64,000 nucleotides of DNA from a virus (Duplodnaviria; Caudoviricetes): positions 69,825-133,824 of IMG/VR virus record IMGVR_UViG_2706795801_000001, one strand, 5' to 3'. Every line of letters starts with the position of its first letter. Position 1 is the first letter of the stretch. Shown here piece after piece: positions 9,219-19,822 of the stretch. Position numbers and translations under genes: made by a program. The notes under the pieces are model-generated. The model had not been told where the DNA came from and did not search any database. It saw only the letters and a program-made list of their open reading frames with translations.

Positions 9219-11183
9219 ATGTCTTTAACTAAAATGGAATGTGGTGTTAACTACACAACAGAAGCACTAAGAGAAAATGTTAATGGGTTGATTGATTATG
9301 CAAGTGGTGTACATGTCGAAGACATGACAGCACTTAGGCTGTTAGAACCTACTGAGTTTATAACTAATATAAACTTAGTAGGACATACGATCAGTGGTGT
9401 TGGTGGTGGTAACTTTTATTATGACACCACAGATACAACTAGCCCAGATAATAATGGAACTGTAATTGTTACTTTGGAAGGAAAAAGGTGGAAGCGTAGC
9501 GGGTTGGATTTTAGCCTCATTCCTGCCACTTGGTTTGGGTTATTTGACGGGGCTACAGAATCGGTATGCTCTGCCGCCGTTCAGGGTATTGTAGATTGGG
9601 TTGAAGCTAACCCCCATTACAACTCAGACAATTCAAAGGAAGGGTGGTGTACCACCATACAGTTCCCTGCTGGACGATTTCCCTTGTCTGAGGTTAGAAT
9701 TAAAAAGTTTAACTTTATAATCGAGGGTGTTGGGTCGGGTACTTATCTTATTAACGAAAACGCTACAGGAAGAATGCTGCATGTAGAAGAGGGCACATCT
9801 AATACTCTTGGTGGATTCATTATGCGAGACTTACACATAAGGAATGTGGTACTTAGAGAGGATGGTGCTGGGGAAATTGTATACTTAAATCTTCCTGTTC
9901 GCGGAGGAATGTTCGATGTAACATTCACAAGCTCCGCGATTAATGTAGGTGGACGATCTAAACTTGGTGGGGATATGCTTAAAACTGTATCACCTTTTGA
10001 ATTTTTATGTGAAGGGGTTACATTCTGGGGTTGCGGTATTGGATGGGATATCATAAGCGGTCCTCAATCCGACACCTTTGATTGTCAAGGTGTAGTTTTT
10101 AACGAATGCACTATAGGAATGATAGGTTTCCGAGGGGCTGGAGGCTCAGGCAACAACAACTTCAAGTTCTCTGGGAAGTTTATTGCTCAACAAGGAGGTA
10201 CTTATGTGTCTGGGGGAAAAGATGCTTTTGCTATAACTTCTGTTGTGTCTACATCTGGTAATTTACTTACTGTTACTGACGCTACCAATATACTAAGCGG
10301 CAGGGCTGTTGTGGTCGGTGATGATAACACGGCTGAAGTTGCAATCATAAAGTCAATTAACGTTAATGAACTTACTCTAGATAGACCCATAACTAAATCT
10401 GGAGGTACGAGGGTATTATCTGGCAAAATAGGTGTTATTGTTATAGAGATGAGAAACCCTTCATTTGAGGGGGTGCAAATAGAAGGTTGTGACATTGGCG
10501 CTCTGTTACTAAAAGGTAGTAGGAACGTCACTTTTGACGGTTATTCTATAATAGGTACAGCAAAAGGAGTGTACGCATCCTCAGTCTTTAGGCGGCTAAA
10601 TATGCTTAATGGTTCTGGTGGAACTTCAGGTACTATGCGCAACGGAGTTGCTTATAAAATATTGACACTAGACGATAACATCGAGTCTGACGCAAACAAA
10701 ATATACATGAATAATATAGCTGGAGAAGGTAGTGGTTATTTTGATGACAATTTAACCTCTCTTATTGATAACGTTGGTGGATTTTTCCCTTTTATACAGA
10801 TAGATTCTAGGTTGACAGGGGATACCCATATGGGAGATAACTCAGCAAGCGCGATTGAGCTTACTAATAAATCATATTTAACATTCAACCGTACAACCAC
10901 AGGTAAATTCAGCAGGGTTAGATGGAGAACTGCAGATATTGATCAATGGTTCTTGAATCATACTGGCTCTGGTGGGGACTTAGGGTTTAGGAAAAGCGGA
11001 CTATCTGTGGACTCTATGACCTTACTTCAGTCTAGCGGTGACATTAGGTGTGGCAGCGGGGTGTGGAGTGACCCACTCTTCAGAGTTGGATCTGTTAGAT
11101 TCTGGGTTGAAGGTGTTAACGTTAGAGCTAAAGCCAGTGCACCTTCATCAGCAATTGATGGTGTAATAGTGGTTACTTTGTAG
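9219..11183 (+). CDS. Tailspike / polysaccharide depolymerase (beta-helix)
   Basis: GGGNFYYD..D.TSPDNNGTVIVT..GKRWKR tailspike module, then TWFG and TIQFPAGRF motifs at the start of a pectin-lyase-like beta-helix. Confidence 0.8.
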   Translation: MSLTKMECGVNYTTEALRENVNGLIDYASGVHVEDMTALRLLEPTEFITNINLVGHTISGVGGGNFYYDTTDTTSPDNNGTVIVTLEGKRWKRSGLDFSLIPATWFGLFDGATESVCSAAVQGIVDWVEANPHYNSDNSKEGWCTTIQFPAGRFPLSEVRIKKFNFIIEGVGSGTYLINENATGRMLHVEEGTSNTLGGFIMRDLHIRNVVLREDGAGEIVYLNLPVRGGMFDVTFTSSAINVGGRSKLGGDMLKTVSPFEFLCEGVTFWGCGIGWDIISGPQSDTFDCQGVVFNECTIGMIGFRGAGGSGNNNFKFSGKFIAQQGGTYVSGGKDAFAITSVVSTSGNLLTVTDATNILSGRAVVVGDDNTAEVAIIKSINVNELTLDRPITKSGGTRVLSGKIGVIVIEMRNPSFEGVQIEGCDIGALLLKGSRNVTFDGYSIIGTAKGVYASSVFRRLNMLNGSGGTSGTMRNGVAYKILTLDDNIESDANKIYMNNIAGEGSGYFDDNLTSLIDNVGGFFPFIQIDSRLTGDTHMGDNSASAIELTNKSYLTFNRTTTGKFSRVRWRTADIDQWFLNHTGSGGDLGFRKSGLSVDSMTLLQSSGDIRCGSGVWSDPLFRVGSVRFWVEGVNVRAKASAPSSAIDGVIVVTL

Positions 11184-11256
11184 TAAACATATCACTAGGT
11201 TTTTAACATACCTAGTTTTAATTTATATGCATAAGTTGTGACATACCACCATTAAA

Positions 11257-11288
11257 CAAAAACCCCACAACGCTGTTGTGGGGTTTTC
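11257..11288. terminator. Bidirectional intrinsic terminator
   Basis: AAAAACCCCACAAC..GTTGTGGGGTTTT between convergent genes. Confidence 0.75.
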
Positions 11289-11316
11289 TCCTTCCTCATC
11301 CTAAATTACCTTCCAA

Positions 11317-11478
11317 CTATATATCACGTTTGCTATACCATATATCGTGGCTTGTTCGTGTGCCGTGTGCTAGTGACTGTTGTGCCAAATACACTACCGC
11401 GATAAATAATGAAGGTAACGCCCACATCATAGAATACAATAAAAACCCTGTACCGTAATATAATAAAGTATCTAACAT
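11317..11478 (-). CDS. Small membrane protein (53 aa, not in ORF track)
   Basis: MLDTLLYYGTGFLLYSMMWALPSLFIAVVYLAQ...; AGGGGAG RBS. Confidence 0.5.
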   Translation of the reverse strand: MLDTLLYYGTGFLLYSMMWALPSLFIAVVYLAQQSLAHGTRTSHDIWYSKRDI

Positions 11479-11680
11479 GTAAACTCCCCTCTAGTTAATT
11501 AAATCAATTCTAAGCCACCAAACTAGCGATTTAAGCGACTTTCTATACTTAGATACAAAAGTGTTGCTATTCTACACTCAAGTAGTCTTAAATCGAGTCT
11601 GACGAGTTCTTATATAAACAAAAACCCCTGCACCGTTATCTGAGTTAGATTGTGGCACAAGGGTTTTATTCTGTCAATAG

Positions 11681-12118
11681 TTATTTATCAGTCTTCAAAC
11701 TTTTCACCACTTCATCTTTAGCCGTATCAGCAATCATGTCAGCTAATTCTGGTACTTCTTCACTCCACTTATCCAATTGGCGCATTGCGGCTTTGTATGC
11801 AGCATTACCAAGTTGTTGTGTTTTATCATCAACCACTACTTGTTGGATTAAGTATGCACCAGCCATTTTAATTGCTGTCTCACGAGTTGGGAGGATTGCA
11901 CTGGTAATCAATATAATCACCGATAATACTGTAACCGTTTTATATGGTAATTTTTTAACATAGACTAAAACCTTATCAGCACCTCCGTCAATGGAGCATA
12001 TACCTCCAACTAAAATAACTAGCCCTGCAATCACACCTATAGTAGTAAACCAAGCTTTTGTAAAGTCACCACTGTAAGTTAAATTCTCTACTGCATACAC
12101 TAACCACATTAATTCCAT
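11681..12118 (-). CDS. Membrane protein (2 TM segments)
   Basis: Two hydrophobic segments followed by a P..ET...M motif; AGGAG RBS. Confidence 0.65.
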   Translation of the reverse strand: MELMWLVYAVENLTYSGDFTKAWFTTIGVIAGLVILVGGICSIDGGADKVLVYVKKLPYKTVTVLSVIILITSAILPTRETAIKMAGAYLIQQVVVDDKTQQLGNAAYKAAMRQLDKWSEEVPELADMIADTAKDEVVKSLKTDK

Positions 12119-12146
12119 ATTATTTCTCCTAGTTGTATTTGTTAAA

Positions 12147-12347
12147 TTATAATCGTCTTACAGTTAGTGCTGACATCCAAGCATCATAGTACACATCTTT
12201 TATTTCTTCTAGAAATTGGCTTTCACCTATCATTTCTATCTCACCTGTTTTAAATATTTTAAAATCCTCACCTTCCTCCAATTCAATATCATGATAGGCT
12301 TCAACCATACCTGCGAAACTTTTAAAACATTCTGTATCATACTTCAT
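12147..12347 (-). CDS. Small acidic hypothetical protein
   Basis: GAGGAGG RBS before MKYDTE. Confidence 0.55.
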   Translation of the reverse strand: MKYDTECFKSFAGMVEAYHDIELEEGEDFKIFKTGEIEMIGESQFLEEIKDVYYDAWMSALTVRRL

Positions 12348-12348
12348 A

Positions 12349-14040
12349 TTATTCCTCCTCAATTATACAATTCATTTCACTACCTTCACCAACTACTTCT
12401 ATGAACGCTTTAGTCATTACATCAACAACAACTTGTTTATCATAATCCCTACATATCATAGCATCATGGATGGGTATACATGGTATTTCTTGTTTGGTCA
12501 ACACATCAAGACACTTCATAATAATACACGAATCCATATATTGCAACTTATTTCCAATACCAACACCCAAGTATTTAGCTATCATGTGATTGTGTGCGAT
12601 AATTTCCGTGGCTATCTTATGTAAGTCTAATGGAGGTAAGCCAATATACTTCATTGTCCGTTCTCTACGTGTCCCTCGTTTTAGTTGATCTTTATGTAAC
12701 TCCTCATAACATGACCCAACAGCTTTATTGACACTATCAGCATTAATCAAACATAGGAACAATTTCTTTACTATATTCCTAACAGGGTTATATTTATCGC
12801 CATTCAGCCCATAATATTTAATGAACCTGTTTATCTTCTTCTGATTAACCTTAATACTTGGTAGTTTAGGGTATGGATCATGTTCAGCCATAGGGATACC
12901 TTCCCAGTATAATAAGATAGCTGGATGGATAGCCTTGAAGTCTAATGATAGTGTCTCAGTATTATCCAACTTAATCTTAGCCCTAACACCTTTTGGTTTG
13001 CCTTGGACAGATCCGTCATCAAACAACCTACCACACACATCCCCGATTATGTTAAGTATCCGTTGTAACCATATCTCAGCTAGTTTGAAGTCATCTATGG
13101 TTTTATCTACCTTATTATTCATGAAGAAGTGGTAGTTGTTTAGTATATGTTCACCTTCTATAACGAGTTGTTTAAGGTTATCATCAAGCTTACTGAAATC
13201 TATCATATCAATAATAGTTTGCTTCTTAGTTGCACCTTTAGTTACACTGTTAACAATTACTACATTCTTTGGTGTAGTGGTAAAGGTTACTGAATTACTG
13301 TTGTATACATTTAATAGTGGGATTAGATCGGGGTTGATAACCATCATACTCATAGGTCTTTCACCATACATCGTATTTCCTATATAATTCAGAATAAGAC
13401 CTTTCTTGGTTAGCATTTCAACCAGACGTATTACTATGTCATAGGAGTAGTTCTTATTATTAACTTTGAATGTATTACTGAAGCTTCTATCTCTAGTGTA
13501 AAGTAGACCTAAACACCCACTAGAAACACATCGGTTAAGATACAAGATAAACCATTCACATATACCAAGATACTTATCAACATTAATCCTGTTCATACCA
13601 CACTCAACTTTAGAGTATTCAACAAACATATTATATAAAAGAGTAATAGACTCACTAAATTCAACACCAACAGAATTTATACTATAATCAGGTTTACACC
13701 TAACACTTCCATGATCATATATGTAGTTTAAAACATCAGAATTCACATACCATTCATATACATAACTAGATAAATTACCCTCTAAACAACTATCCAAACC
13801 TAGCATCTTCATCCAATACACAATACTATTATCATTCATAATACATTCACCCCTGTATAGAGCTTTAAGGAATGTCTTTTTACTACCCTTAATAATACTA
13901 AGCAAAGGTAACTCCAACTCATTGATTTCTTTACTTTTAACACCACCACGGCTAGGTTTAATTTCGAAGATAAATCCAGACTTTTTAGTCGATTTTACCT
14001 TACTTTTTGTCCCCTTTTTGTCCCCTACTTTCTTCACCAT
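12349..14040 (-). CDS. Divergent family-A/T7-RNAP-superfamily polymerase (TV-Pol-like)
   Basis: GRLF..S.Q...K..R, motif A SLDFKAIHP, DPY, motif B RNIVKKLF, G..LQYMDS, motif C PIHD. No exonuclease domain. Confidence 0.6.
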   Translation of the reverse strand: MVKKVGDKKGTKSKVKSTKKSGFIFEIKPSRGGVKSKEINELELPLLSIIKGSKKTFLKALYRGECIMNDNSIVYWMKMLGLDSCLEGNLSSYVYEWYVNSDVLNYIYDHGSVRCKPDYSINSVGVEFSESITLLYNMFVEYSKVECGMNRINVDKYLGICEWFILYLNRCVSSGCLGLLYTRDRSFSNTFKVNNKNYSYDIVIRLVEMLTKKGLILNYIGNTMYGERPMSMMVINPDLIPLLNVYNSNSVTFTTTPKNVVIVNSVTKGATKKQTIIDMIDFSKLDDNLKQLVIEGEHILNNYHFFMNNKVDKTIDDFKLAEIWLQRILNIIGDVCGRLFDDGSVQGKPKGVRAKIKLDNTETLSLDFKAIHPAILLYWEGIPMAEHDPYPKLPSIKVNQKKINRFIKYYGLNGDKYNPVRNIVKKLFLCLINADSVNKAVGSCYEELHKDQLKRGTRRERTMKYIGLPPLDLHKIATEIIAHNHMIAKYLGVGIGNKLQYMDSCIIMKCLDVLTKQEIPCIPIHDAMICRDYDKQVVVDVMTKAFIEVVGEGSEMNCIIEEE

Positions 14041-14173
14041 TTAACTTGCTCTCCGCACTGGTTAAATCACTCAACAACATGTCAATAATATCTGATGGAT
14101 TACCACCACCATTCCTTACTAACCCCATAACATAATCCATATTCTCTTTAGATAAGACTACCCTTAAAGACAT

Positions 14174-14401
14174 TTATACATTCTCCTCATCGACATATTT
14201 CCACTCAATAAAGTCAACCTCAAACCCCAAGTTGCAGAGACCATCTTCCATCTTTTCAATAGAAACCCTTTTACCATCATGCAGTAATATACTATTCAGT
14301 TGGCAATGGTTTAATTTAGATAATTTACATATTTCCTTTTGAGTCCATTTATTGGTTTCCATTATAGATTTATACACTAAAACTAAATCTTGCTTTAACA
14401 T
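14174..14401 (-). CDS. Cro/XRE-like HTH protein
   Basis: WTQKEICKLSKLNHCQLNSIL..G.RVSIEKM HTH pattern. Confidence 0.6.
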   Translation of the reverse strand: MLKQDLVLVYKSIMETNKWTQKEICKLSKLNHCQLNSILLHDGKRVSIEKMEDGLCNLGFEVDFIEWKYVDEENV

Positions 14402-14585
14402 TGTATACCTCCTTAAAATATTATAACATTCTACAATTGTAGAAGCAAGTTAAACTTTAATACCAGAATCCTATACCAGTTTATAATTTAACACCACAGG
14501 GTTGAAAAGCAACCTTATGAGTAATACCAAGGATAATCACTACACATATACCAAAAACCTGTACCACTCAGATAATTTAAGAACA

Positions 14586-14996
14586 TTAACCCTTCTTCCC
14601 CCAAACGTCATACTTATCCATACCCTTGTCTGACTCTTTCTTAACCACTGCCACATCAGGTTCTTTCAAACCATTAGCTACTAGATACTCATCAATAATA
14701 ACTTGGTCATTGTTAGTCTTAACAGAGGATACATAGAAACCAGTCCCAATGATATCAAACATCCACCCAAAGCCAAATAAACCAAATGTGAATAGGTATA
14801 CAACACCAGCTATCATAAAGAATGTACGGTCACTACTCTTACGTGCCACAGCAGCAATATAAAACAGGTGACCACCACACCATCCTAAGACTGCCCAAAG
14901 TATATAAGCTAATAGAGTATTAGGTGCAGCGTCTTTACATTGTTGACGGATATTCATTTGTACCATTGGATCTAACTTAAGTAATTTTGTATTCAT
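14586..14996 (-). CDS. TM2-domain membrane protein
   Basis: AYILWAVLGWCGGHLFY...YLFTFGLFGFGWMFD is a TM2 signature. Confidence 0.75.
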   Translation of the reverse strand: MNTKLLKLDPMVQMNIRQQCKDAAPNTLLAYILWAVLGWCGGHLFYIAAVARKSSDRTFFMIAGVVYLFTFGLFGFGWMFDIIGTGFYVSSVKTNNDQVIIDEYLVANGLKEPDVAVVKKESDKGMDKYDVWGKKG

Positions 14997-15007
14997 AATA
15001 ATTCCCC

Positions 15008-15175
15008 TTATTTAACTAAAGTTTCAATTTTACCAACAACACCTGCTTTACGTAGGATGTGTCGGAGTTTACGTTTATCATGTGATATCACTGTTTCCTC
15101 CCATCCCACATAATCAGCTTCATATTGATGAGAGTGACGTTGGTGATGGTAGTAGAGTTCATTTAGTTTAATCAT
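15008..15175 (-). CDS. Small hypothetical protein (55 aa, not in ORF track)
   Basis: MIKLNELYYHHQRHSH...; AGGAG RBS; fits the operon. Confidence 0.5.
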   Translation of the reverse strand: MIKLNELYYHHQRHSHQYEADYVGWEETVISHDKRKLRHILRKAGVVGKIETLVK

Positions 15176-15184
15176 TGTTTACTC

Positions 15185-15457
15185 CTATCGATTACCTTGT
15201 TTAAAGCTCCTGAGAGTTGATTTAAGCCACGTTACTAAAGAATAATCACCAGAATACCAAACTCGTTCTGTGTACTCACTGTGGCCTCCCCATTTACTTG
15301 TTACTGACATATGAGTTGTGATCCTCCCACAACATTTACATTTCCTGTTAGTCCTCATAACATGAGACTTTCGTTTATGAACATTATCCACAATCTTGGT
15401 GATAACAGTGTCATGTAAACCTAAGAAACATTTTACCTTGTCAAGCTTTGTTACCAT
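15185..15457 (-). CDS. Hypothetical Zn-binding-like protein
   Basis: CFLGLH...CKCC; AAGGAG RBS. Confidence 0.55.
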   Translation of the reverse strand: MVTKLDKVKCFLGLHDTVITKIVDNVHKRKSHVMRTNRKCKCCGRITTHMSVTSKWGGHSEYTERVWYSGDYSLVTWLKSTLRSFKQGNR

Positions 15458-15676
15458 TACAACTCCTTGTTGCTATTAAGTAGGTACAATTTATAGCACT
15501 AAGATAAATTTGTCAACTATTATTTAATTTAAATTTATACAATTAAACATAGACGTTAATTCATTAAGTAGATAACACTGACACTCAACTATGAGGGCTT
15601 TTTCTTGTGTACTACTATTTATTACCTCCACCACAACCTGCTATAATAGAGTACAATAGTAAAACTAGGTATTACA

Positions 15677-16192
15677 ATGCTCAAGGTTAAGTTAAAGAAT
15701 AACCATATCCCGAATTTAATGAAAAGGTTTAAGTCTCTCCACAAGAAGAAATTTGAGGTGGGGTATTTCCCAGAGAATGGAGTACATCCATCAGGTTTGA
15801 CATTTACAGGGTTGTTTGCAATACAGAGTTTCGGATCAAGATCAGCGAATATACCAGCACGTCCTGTGTTAGATCAAGAGTTCATGACCTATACACCACT
15901 AAACACAAATGCATTACTTAAAAGCCAATTAAAATTATATTTCTCTGGTATCTCAAGTAAAACCCCAGTCATATCATCTAACAAATTATTAGCTAATGTT
16001 GCAGGTGATTACGTACAGAAAGTCCGAGCAGGTTTTGGTGACACCACAAGGTTGACATCAAATGCACCCTCGACACAGGAACAGAAGGCTGCTGACGGGG
16101 TTTCACCACCTAATAATCCCCTAGTTTGGACGGGAGTATTAAGAGATAACTTATCCTATTCTATCAATGGGCAGAGTATAGTTACACCATAA
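15677..16192 (+). CDS. Neck/tail-completion protein
   Basis: EVGYF, FG..NIPARP, NAPST..K, PLVWTG.LR..LSY motifs typical of HK97 gp10-like myophage neck proteins. Confidence 0.75.
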   Translation: MLKVKLKNNHIPNLMKRFKSLHKKKFEVGYFPENGVHPSGLTFTGLFAIQSFGSRSANIPARPVLDQEFMTYTPLNTNALLKSQLKLYFSGISSKTPVISSNKLLANVAGDYVQKVRAGFGDTTRLTSNAPSTQEQKAADGVSPPNNPLVWTGVLRDNLSYSINGQSIVTP

Positions 16193-16261
16193 TAGTAAAG
16201 TAGTTGAGTGACGAGTCAATATATGCTAATATAATTTATAACATAAACAAGAGGTATTCAG

Positions 16262-16654
16262 ATGTTCACATTAATTTCTGATGATGATATGTGGGTTCAT
16301 ACTGTAACAGGAAGTTATGTTGGTCGTCAATGGGTTGACGGAGTACCTGTAGCTACAAAGATTAGTGGTTTATGGGAACCTTACTACGGTGGGGAGGATG
16401 CAATAATCTTACCTAGTGGGGTTAAATCTGAAGACACTATCGTGATCCTAACAGAACATGAACTCCGTACACACAGTAATCAGAAGGGTTCAGAGCATAA
16501 AGCTGATATTATATCATTAGAAGATACTACAATTAATCCTAATGCACAACTCTATGTAATCCATAAAAAAGCTCCTTGGGTAGCCAATGCAAGCTTTACG
16601 TTAATACCCACTCACAATGAGTATCTTGCTGTAAGAAAAGAGAGAACAGTATGA
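16262..16654 (+). CDS. Head-closure protein
   Basis: Position between neck and tail terminator; G.YV...W..G, LP.G and ADI pattern. Confidence 0.65.
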   Translation: MFTLISDDDMWVHTVTGSYVGRQWVDGVPVATKISGLWEPYYGGEDAIILPSGVKSEDTIVILTEHELRTHSNQKGSEHKADIISLEDTTINPNAQLYVIHKKAPWVANASFTLIPTHNEYLAVRKERTV

Positions 16655-17325
16655 GTTGGGAATTTAACCACAACAAAGTGATGTTTGTATTAGCTGAGAT
16701 TATAGAAGGTATAGTAGGTGATAGTTTAGCTGACCTACCTAACAGTGGTGGAGTCAAGGCTGTATACTTAGCTAACTATGGTGGTATTGAACCACCATTA
16801 CCTCATGTGTTACTGACCTATCAAGGTAGTAATGACAATGATGGTTACAGTATGGCAGAAGGTTTTGTGGATGTCGAAGTTGATAATCCACTTGATCCTC
16901 CTAATAAAATCACTCTGACGACTACTTATGTTGACAGTGTTGTTAATTTTAACATCACACTAACAGCAGAAAGTTTACCACCTGTATATAGTCCTACATT
17001 CGAGAGAGACAACGGTAATGCTTTTAGTATCCTACGGGATATCAGAAAGGGTTTATTACTTCCAAAAAACAGACGTAGGTTACATACTGAAGTTTTCACA
17101 GCAATAGAACTTATCAACACGATCAAATCTACACCAGACTTAGTAAGTACAGAATACCATGATATTGGTACTATGGTTATAAAACTAAGTTCAGTTGATA
17201 GATCAATTGATTATGACTGCTTTACATTTGACACTTTAGACTGGGTAGGTGAAATCAAGATAGATGAAACAGACCCAGATCCTATTATACTGACAGGTTC
17301 AGTAACCTTTCCACCATTACCATAA
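16651..17325 (+). CDS. Tail terminator protein
   Basis: Directly upstream of the sheath; acidic; PPLPH.LL motif. Confidence 0.6.
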   Translation: MSWEFNHNKVMFVLAEIIEGIVGDSLADLPNSGGVKAVYLANYGGIEPPLPHVLLTYQGSNDNDGYSMAEGFVDVEVDNPLDPPNKITLTTTYVDSVVNFNITLTAESLPPVYSPTFERDNGNAFSILRDIRKGLLLPKNRRRLHTEVFTAIELINTIKSTPDLVSTEYHDIGTMVIKLSSVDRSIDYDCFTFDTLDWVGEIKIDETDPDPIILTGSVTFPPLP

Positions 17326-17342
17326 TAACATAAGAGGCCACA

Positions 17343-18725
17343 ATGCCATACCAACCTTCGGTATCTAGTACTATTACTAGAAATACTACTTCAGCAGAGG
17401 GTATCAGTTTATCATTTCCGATTTTCTGTGCACCTCATACATATTTTAAAGAACGTACACGTAGTTATGGTTCTTTTGATGAAGTGAGATCTGATTCTAG
17501 TATCCCATCTACCTCATCAACTTACAAGGCGTTACTAACAGCATTCAGCCAAAGTCCAGCACCTTCACGGGTTTATGTTGGTCGTCAACAAGCTGATACA
17601 ACTACAACAACTATTACAATCCCAACAGCTAACCGTTCTTATGGTTATACTATCGCTGCATATGATTCTACTACAGGTGAGGAGCAAGCACAAGCAGTTA
17701 TTTCATTTACCTCAGTAGATGCAGTAGCAGCTAATATCAGTACAGGTCTTATTGCAGAAACAGAATTGTCAGCTGTAGACGCATACCTAACTGCAGTGTT
17801 AGCAACAGCTAAAATTGTTATTACACCTGTAGCTGGAACTACTTTAGTAATCACAGGTTATGTAGGTTTAACAGCAACACACACAAGCACAGAGACTGCA
17901 CCAGACCTCTTAGCAGCTATTCAAGACGCTGATAACGATTGGTACTGTATGACTGCTGAGAACCACACAGAGACGTTCCAACTAGCAATGGCTGCATCAA
18001 TTGAAGCTACTGGTGGTGGTGACTTCCCTAAGATTTACTGGACATCAACAAGTAACGTTAACACTATTGCTCCTGTAGTTGACCCAGCAACAGATGTAAT
18101 TGGTAAATTAAAAGCACTAGGTTATGACCGTACAATCTGTGATTGGAGTCATGTAGCTGATAGTGTTTACCCAGAGATTGGTACATTCAGCGGTAACTCT
18201 GCATACCAAGCTGGTTCTACTACCTACAAGTTCTTACAGGTTAAAGGTATCCCTGCTGCTGCTAACGTAGTGACTGGTAACAAACTACCAACTTATATCC
18301 AAGGGTATATCAACGATCGTAACGGCGGTTGGATGGGTGAAGAACGTGGTGTTACATTCTATCACGAAGGTAAGACTGTTGGTGGAGAGTGGATTGACAT
18401 AATTTTAGGTGCAGATTGGCTCAACGACCAAATGGAAGTTGCCTTATTAAACCTACAATTAAACAACAAAGGTTCTAAGATTTCTTACGCTAAACCAGAA
18501 GCTGTTATTAGTGTTATCAACTCAGTATTAGACCTAGGTGTTCGTGTAGGCTTCTTAGATGGTTATGTTGGTGCAACTATTCCTGATTATCTAACAGAAA
18601 TTCCATTCGCAGATAAGGCCTCACGTATTCTACGTGATGTTAAATGGACTGGTTATATTGATGGTGCAGTACATAGCATCTTAGTAAACGGTAACTTAAC
18701 TTACCAATCAGCCGAATTATCATAA
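17343..18725 (+). CDS. Tail sheath protein (DUF3383-like)
   Basis: FSQSPAP.RVYVGR, DWY, GSTTYKF..VKG, GEWIDII.G.DWL, GAVH.I.V.G; 460 aa. Confidence 0.9.
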   Translation: MPYQPSVSSTITRNTTSAEGISLSFPIFCAPHTYFKERTRSYGSFDEVRSDSSIPSTSSTYKALLTAFSQSPAPSRVYVGRQQADTTTTTITIPTANRSYGYTIAAYDSTTGEEQAQAVISFTSVDAVAANISTGLIAETELSAVDAYLTAVLATAKIVITPVAGTTLVITGYVGLTATHTSTETAPDLLAAIQDADNDWYCMTAENHTETFQLAMAASIEATGGGDFPKIYWTSTSNVNTIAPVVDPATDVIGKLKALGYDRTICDWSHVADSVYPEIGTFSGNSAYQAGSTTYKFLQVKGIPAAANVVTGNKLPTYIQGYINDRNGGWMGEERGVTFYHEGKTVGGEWIDIILGADWLNDQMEVALLNLQLNNKGSKISYAKPEAVISVINSVLDLGVRVGFLDGYVGATIPDYLTEIPFADKASRILRDVKWTGYIDGAVHSILVNGNLTYQSAELS

Positions 18726-18741
18726 CAGGAATATATAGTAA

Positions 18742-19212
18742 ATGACTCTTTTATATGAAGCTGCAAGTATTGAAGCAGCATGGAACGGAATTACATTAGA
18801 CAGTGGTCGTGTAGGTGATGGAGCATTCTTAGAGTTCACACCAGTTGGTGACTTGAGTGAAATCTCTTGGTCTAGTAATGGTGAAATGGGAATTTCTAAG
18901 TTAGCTCAACAAGGTGCAGTAATTACACTAACGTTGAAGCAAACAGCCCCATTGAACGCTGTATTAGCTCGTATCGTGAAAGAACAAACTAAGAAAGGTG
19001 TAGTTCCAATTATTGCACCATTCCGATGTGTAGATAAGTTTGCCAACTCTGCCCACTTTGTGGCTTTAAACGCAACACTAACTGCACAACCAACACAGTC
19101 TTTCGCTAATACAATGGGTGACAAGGTATGGACATGGACATGTGAAACCTACCTACAGACTGACAGTATCACTGAGATCACAGAACAACTGCGAGCTTGG
19201 TTACAAATCTAA
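18742..19212 (+). CDS. Tail tube protein
   Basis: Follows the sheath; G.ITLTLKQT.P.N and WTWTC motifs. Confidence 0.8.
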   Translation: MTLLYEAASIEAAWNGITLDSGRVGDGAFLEFTPVGDLSEISWSSNGEMGISKLAQQGAVITLTLKQTAPLNAVLARIVKEQTKKGVVPIIAPFRCVDKFANSAHFVALNATLTAQPTQSFANTMGDKVWTWTCETYLQTDSITEITEQLRAWLQI

Positions 19213-19291
19213 ACTTTAATTTTACACATAACTGTGGAGGCTATGGCTATGCTATTAGCCTCCATTTTTCTTTTATAAGGGGAGAAAATAA

Positions 19292-19822
19292 ATGAGATAC
19301 ACAAGTACATTAATAAGCAAAACAATCAAAGGTGTTGATGGTGTTGAGCGTCTATACAAAGCACGTAAGATATCTGCAATTTGGGCAAGTAAGGAATGCT
19401 TCAAGTTAGCTAAGGTTTTAATACCTGCAGGTGGCGCAGCAGTAGACGCTGTTATGGATAAGAAAGAACGAGATGACCTACTATTAGACCCAGTGAGTTC
19501 TACATTCGGATCGATGCTATCAATGTTTACTTCTCATGTAGAAGATGAACATTGGGATGACCTGAGTCGTAAGTTATTAGGAAGCCTACAGTTAGGTGAC
19601 AAAGAAATAACAGATTTAGATGACCACTTTGACAACTACCAAGGTGATTACTTTGAAGTATTAATCTGGTTGTTCACGGAGAACTTTAAGGATTTTTTCT
19701 TCAGCAACGTTATGTTTCGTTCTTTGATAGACAAGATGTTGGCGTTGCTGAGTCCAGAAATGAAAAGTACAATCGAGAACTTAAAGAAAGATTTACTAAA
19801 CGAAACCAATATGCAGTCTTAG
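19292..19822 (+). CDS. Tail assembly chaperone (G form)
   Basis: Between tube and tape measure; D.HF...ENF.DFF motif; slippery T TTT TTC at 19693-19699. Confidence 0.8.
   Translation: MRYTSTLISKTIKGVDGVERLYKARKISAIWASKECFKLAKVLIPAGGAAVDAVMDKKERDDLLLDPVSSTFGSMLSMFTSHVEDEHWDDLSRKLLGSLQLGDKEITDLDDHFDNYQGDYFEVLIWLFTENFKDFFFSNVMFRSLIDKMLALLSPEMKSTIENLKKDLLNETNMQS

Noticed and set aside
11527-11595. Inverted repeat CGATTTAAG/CTTAAATCG as a MITE or gyrase site
   Set aside because: Only 9-bp arms, no target duplication and no second copy; insufficient support.
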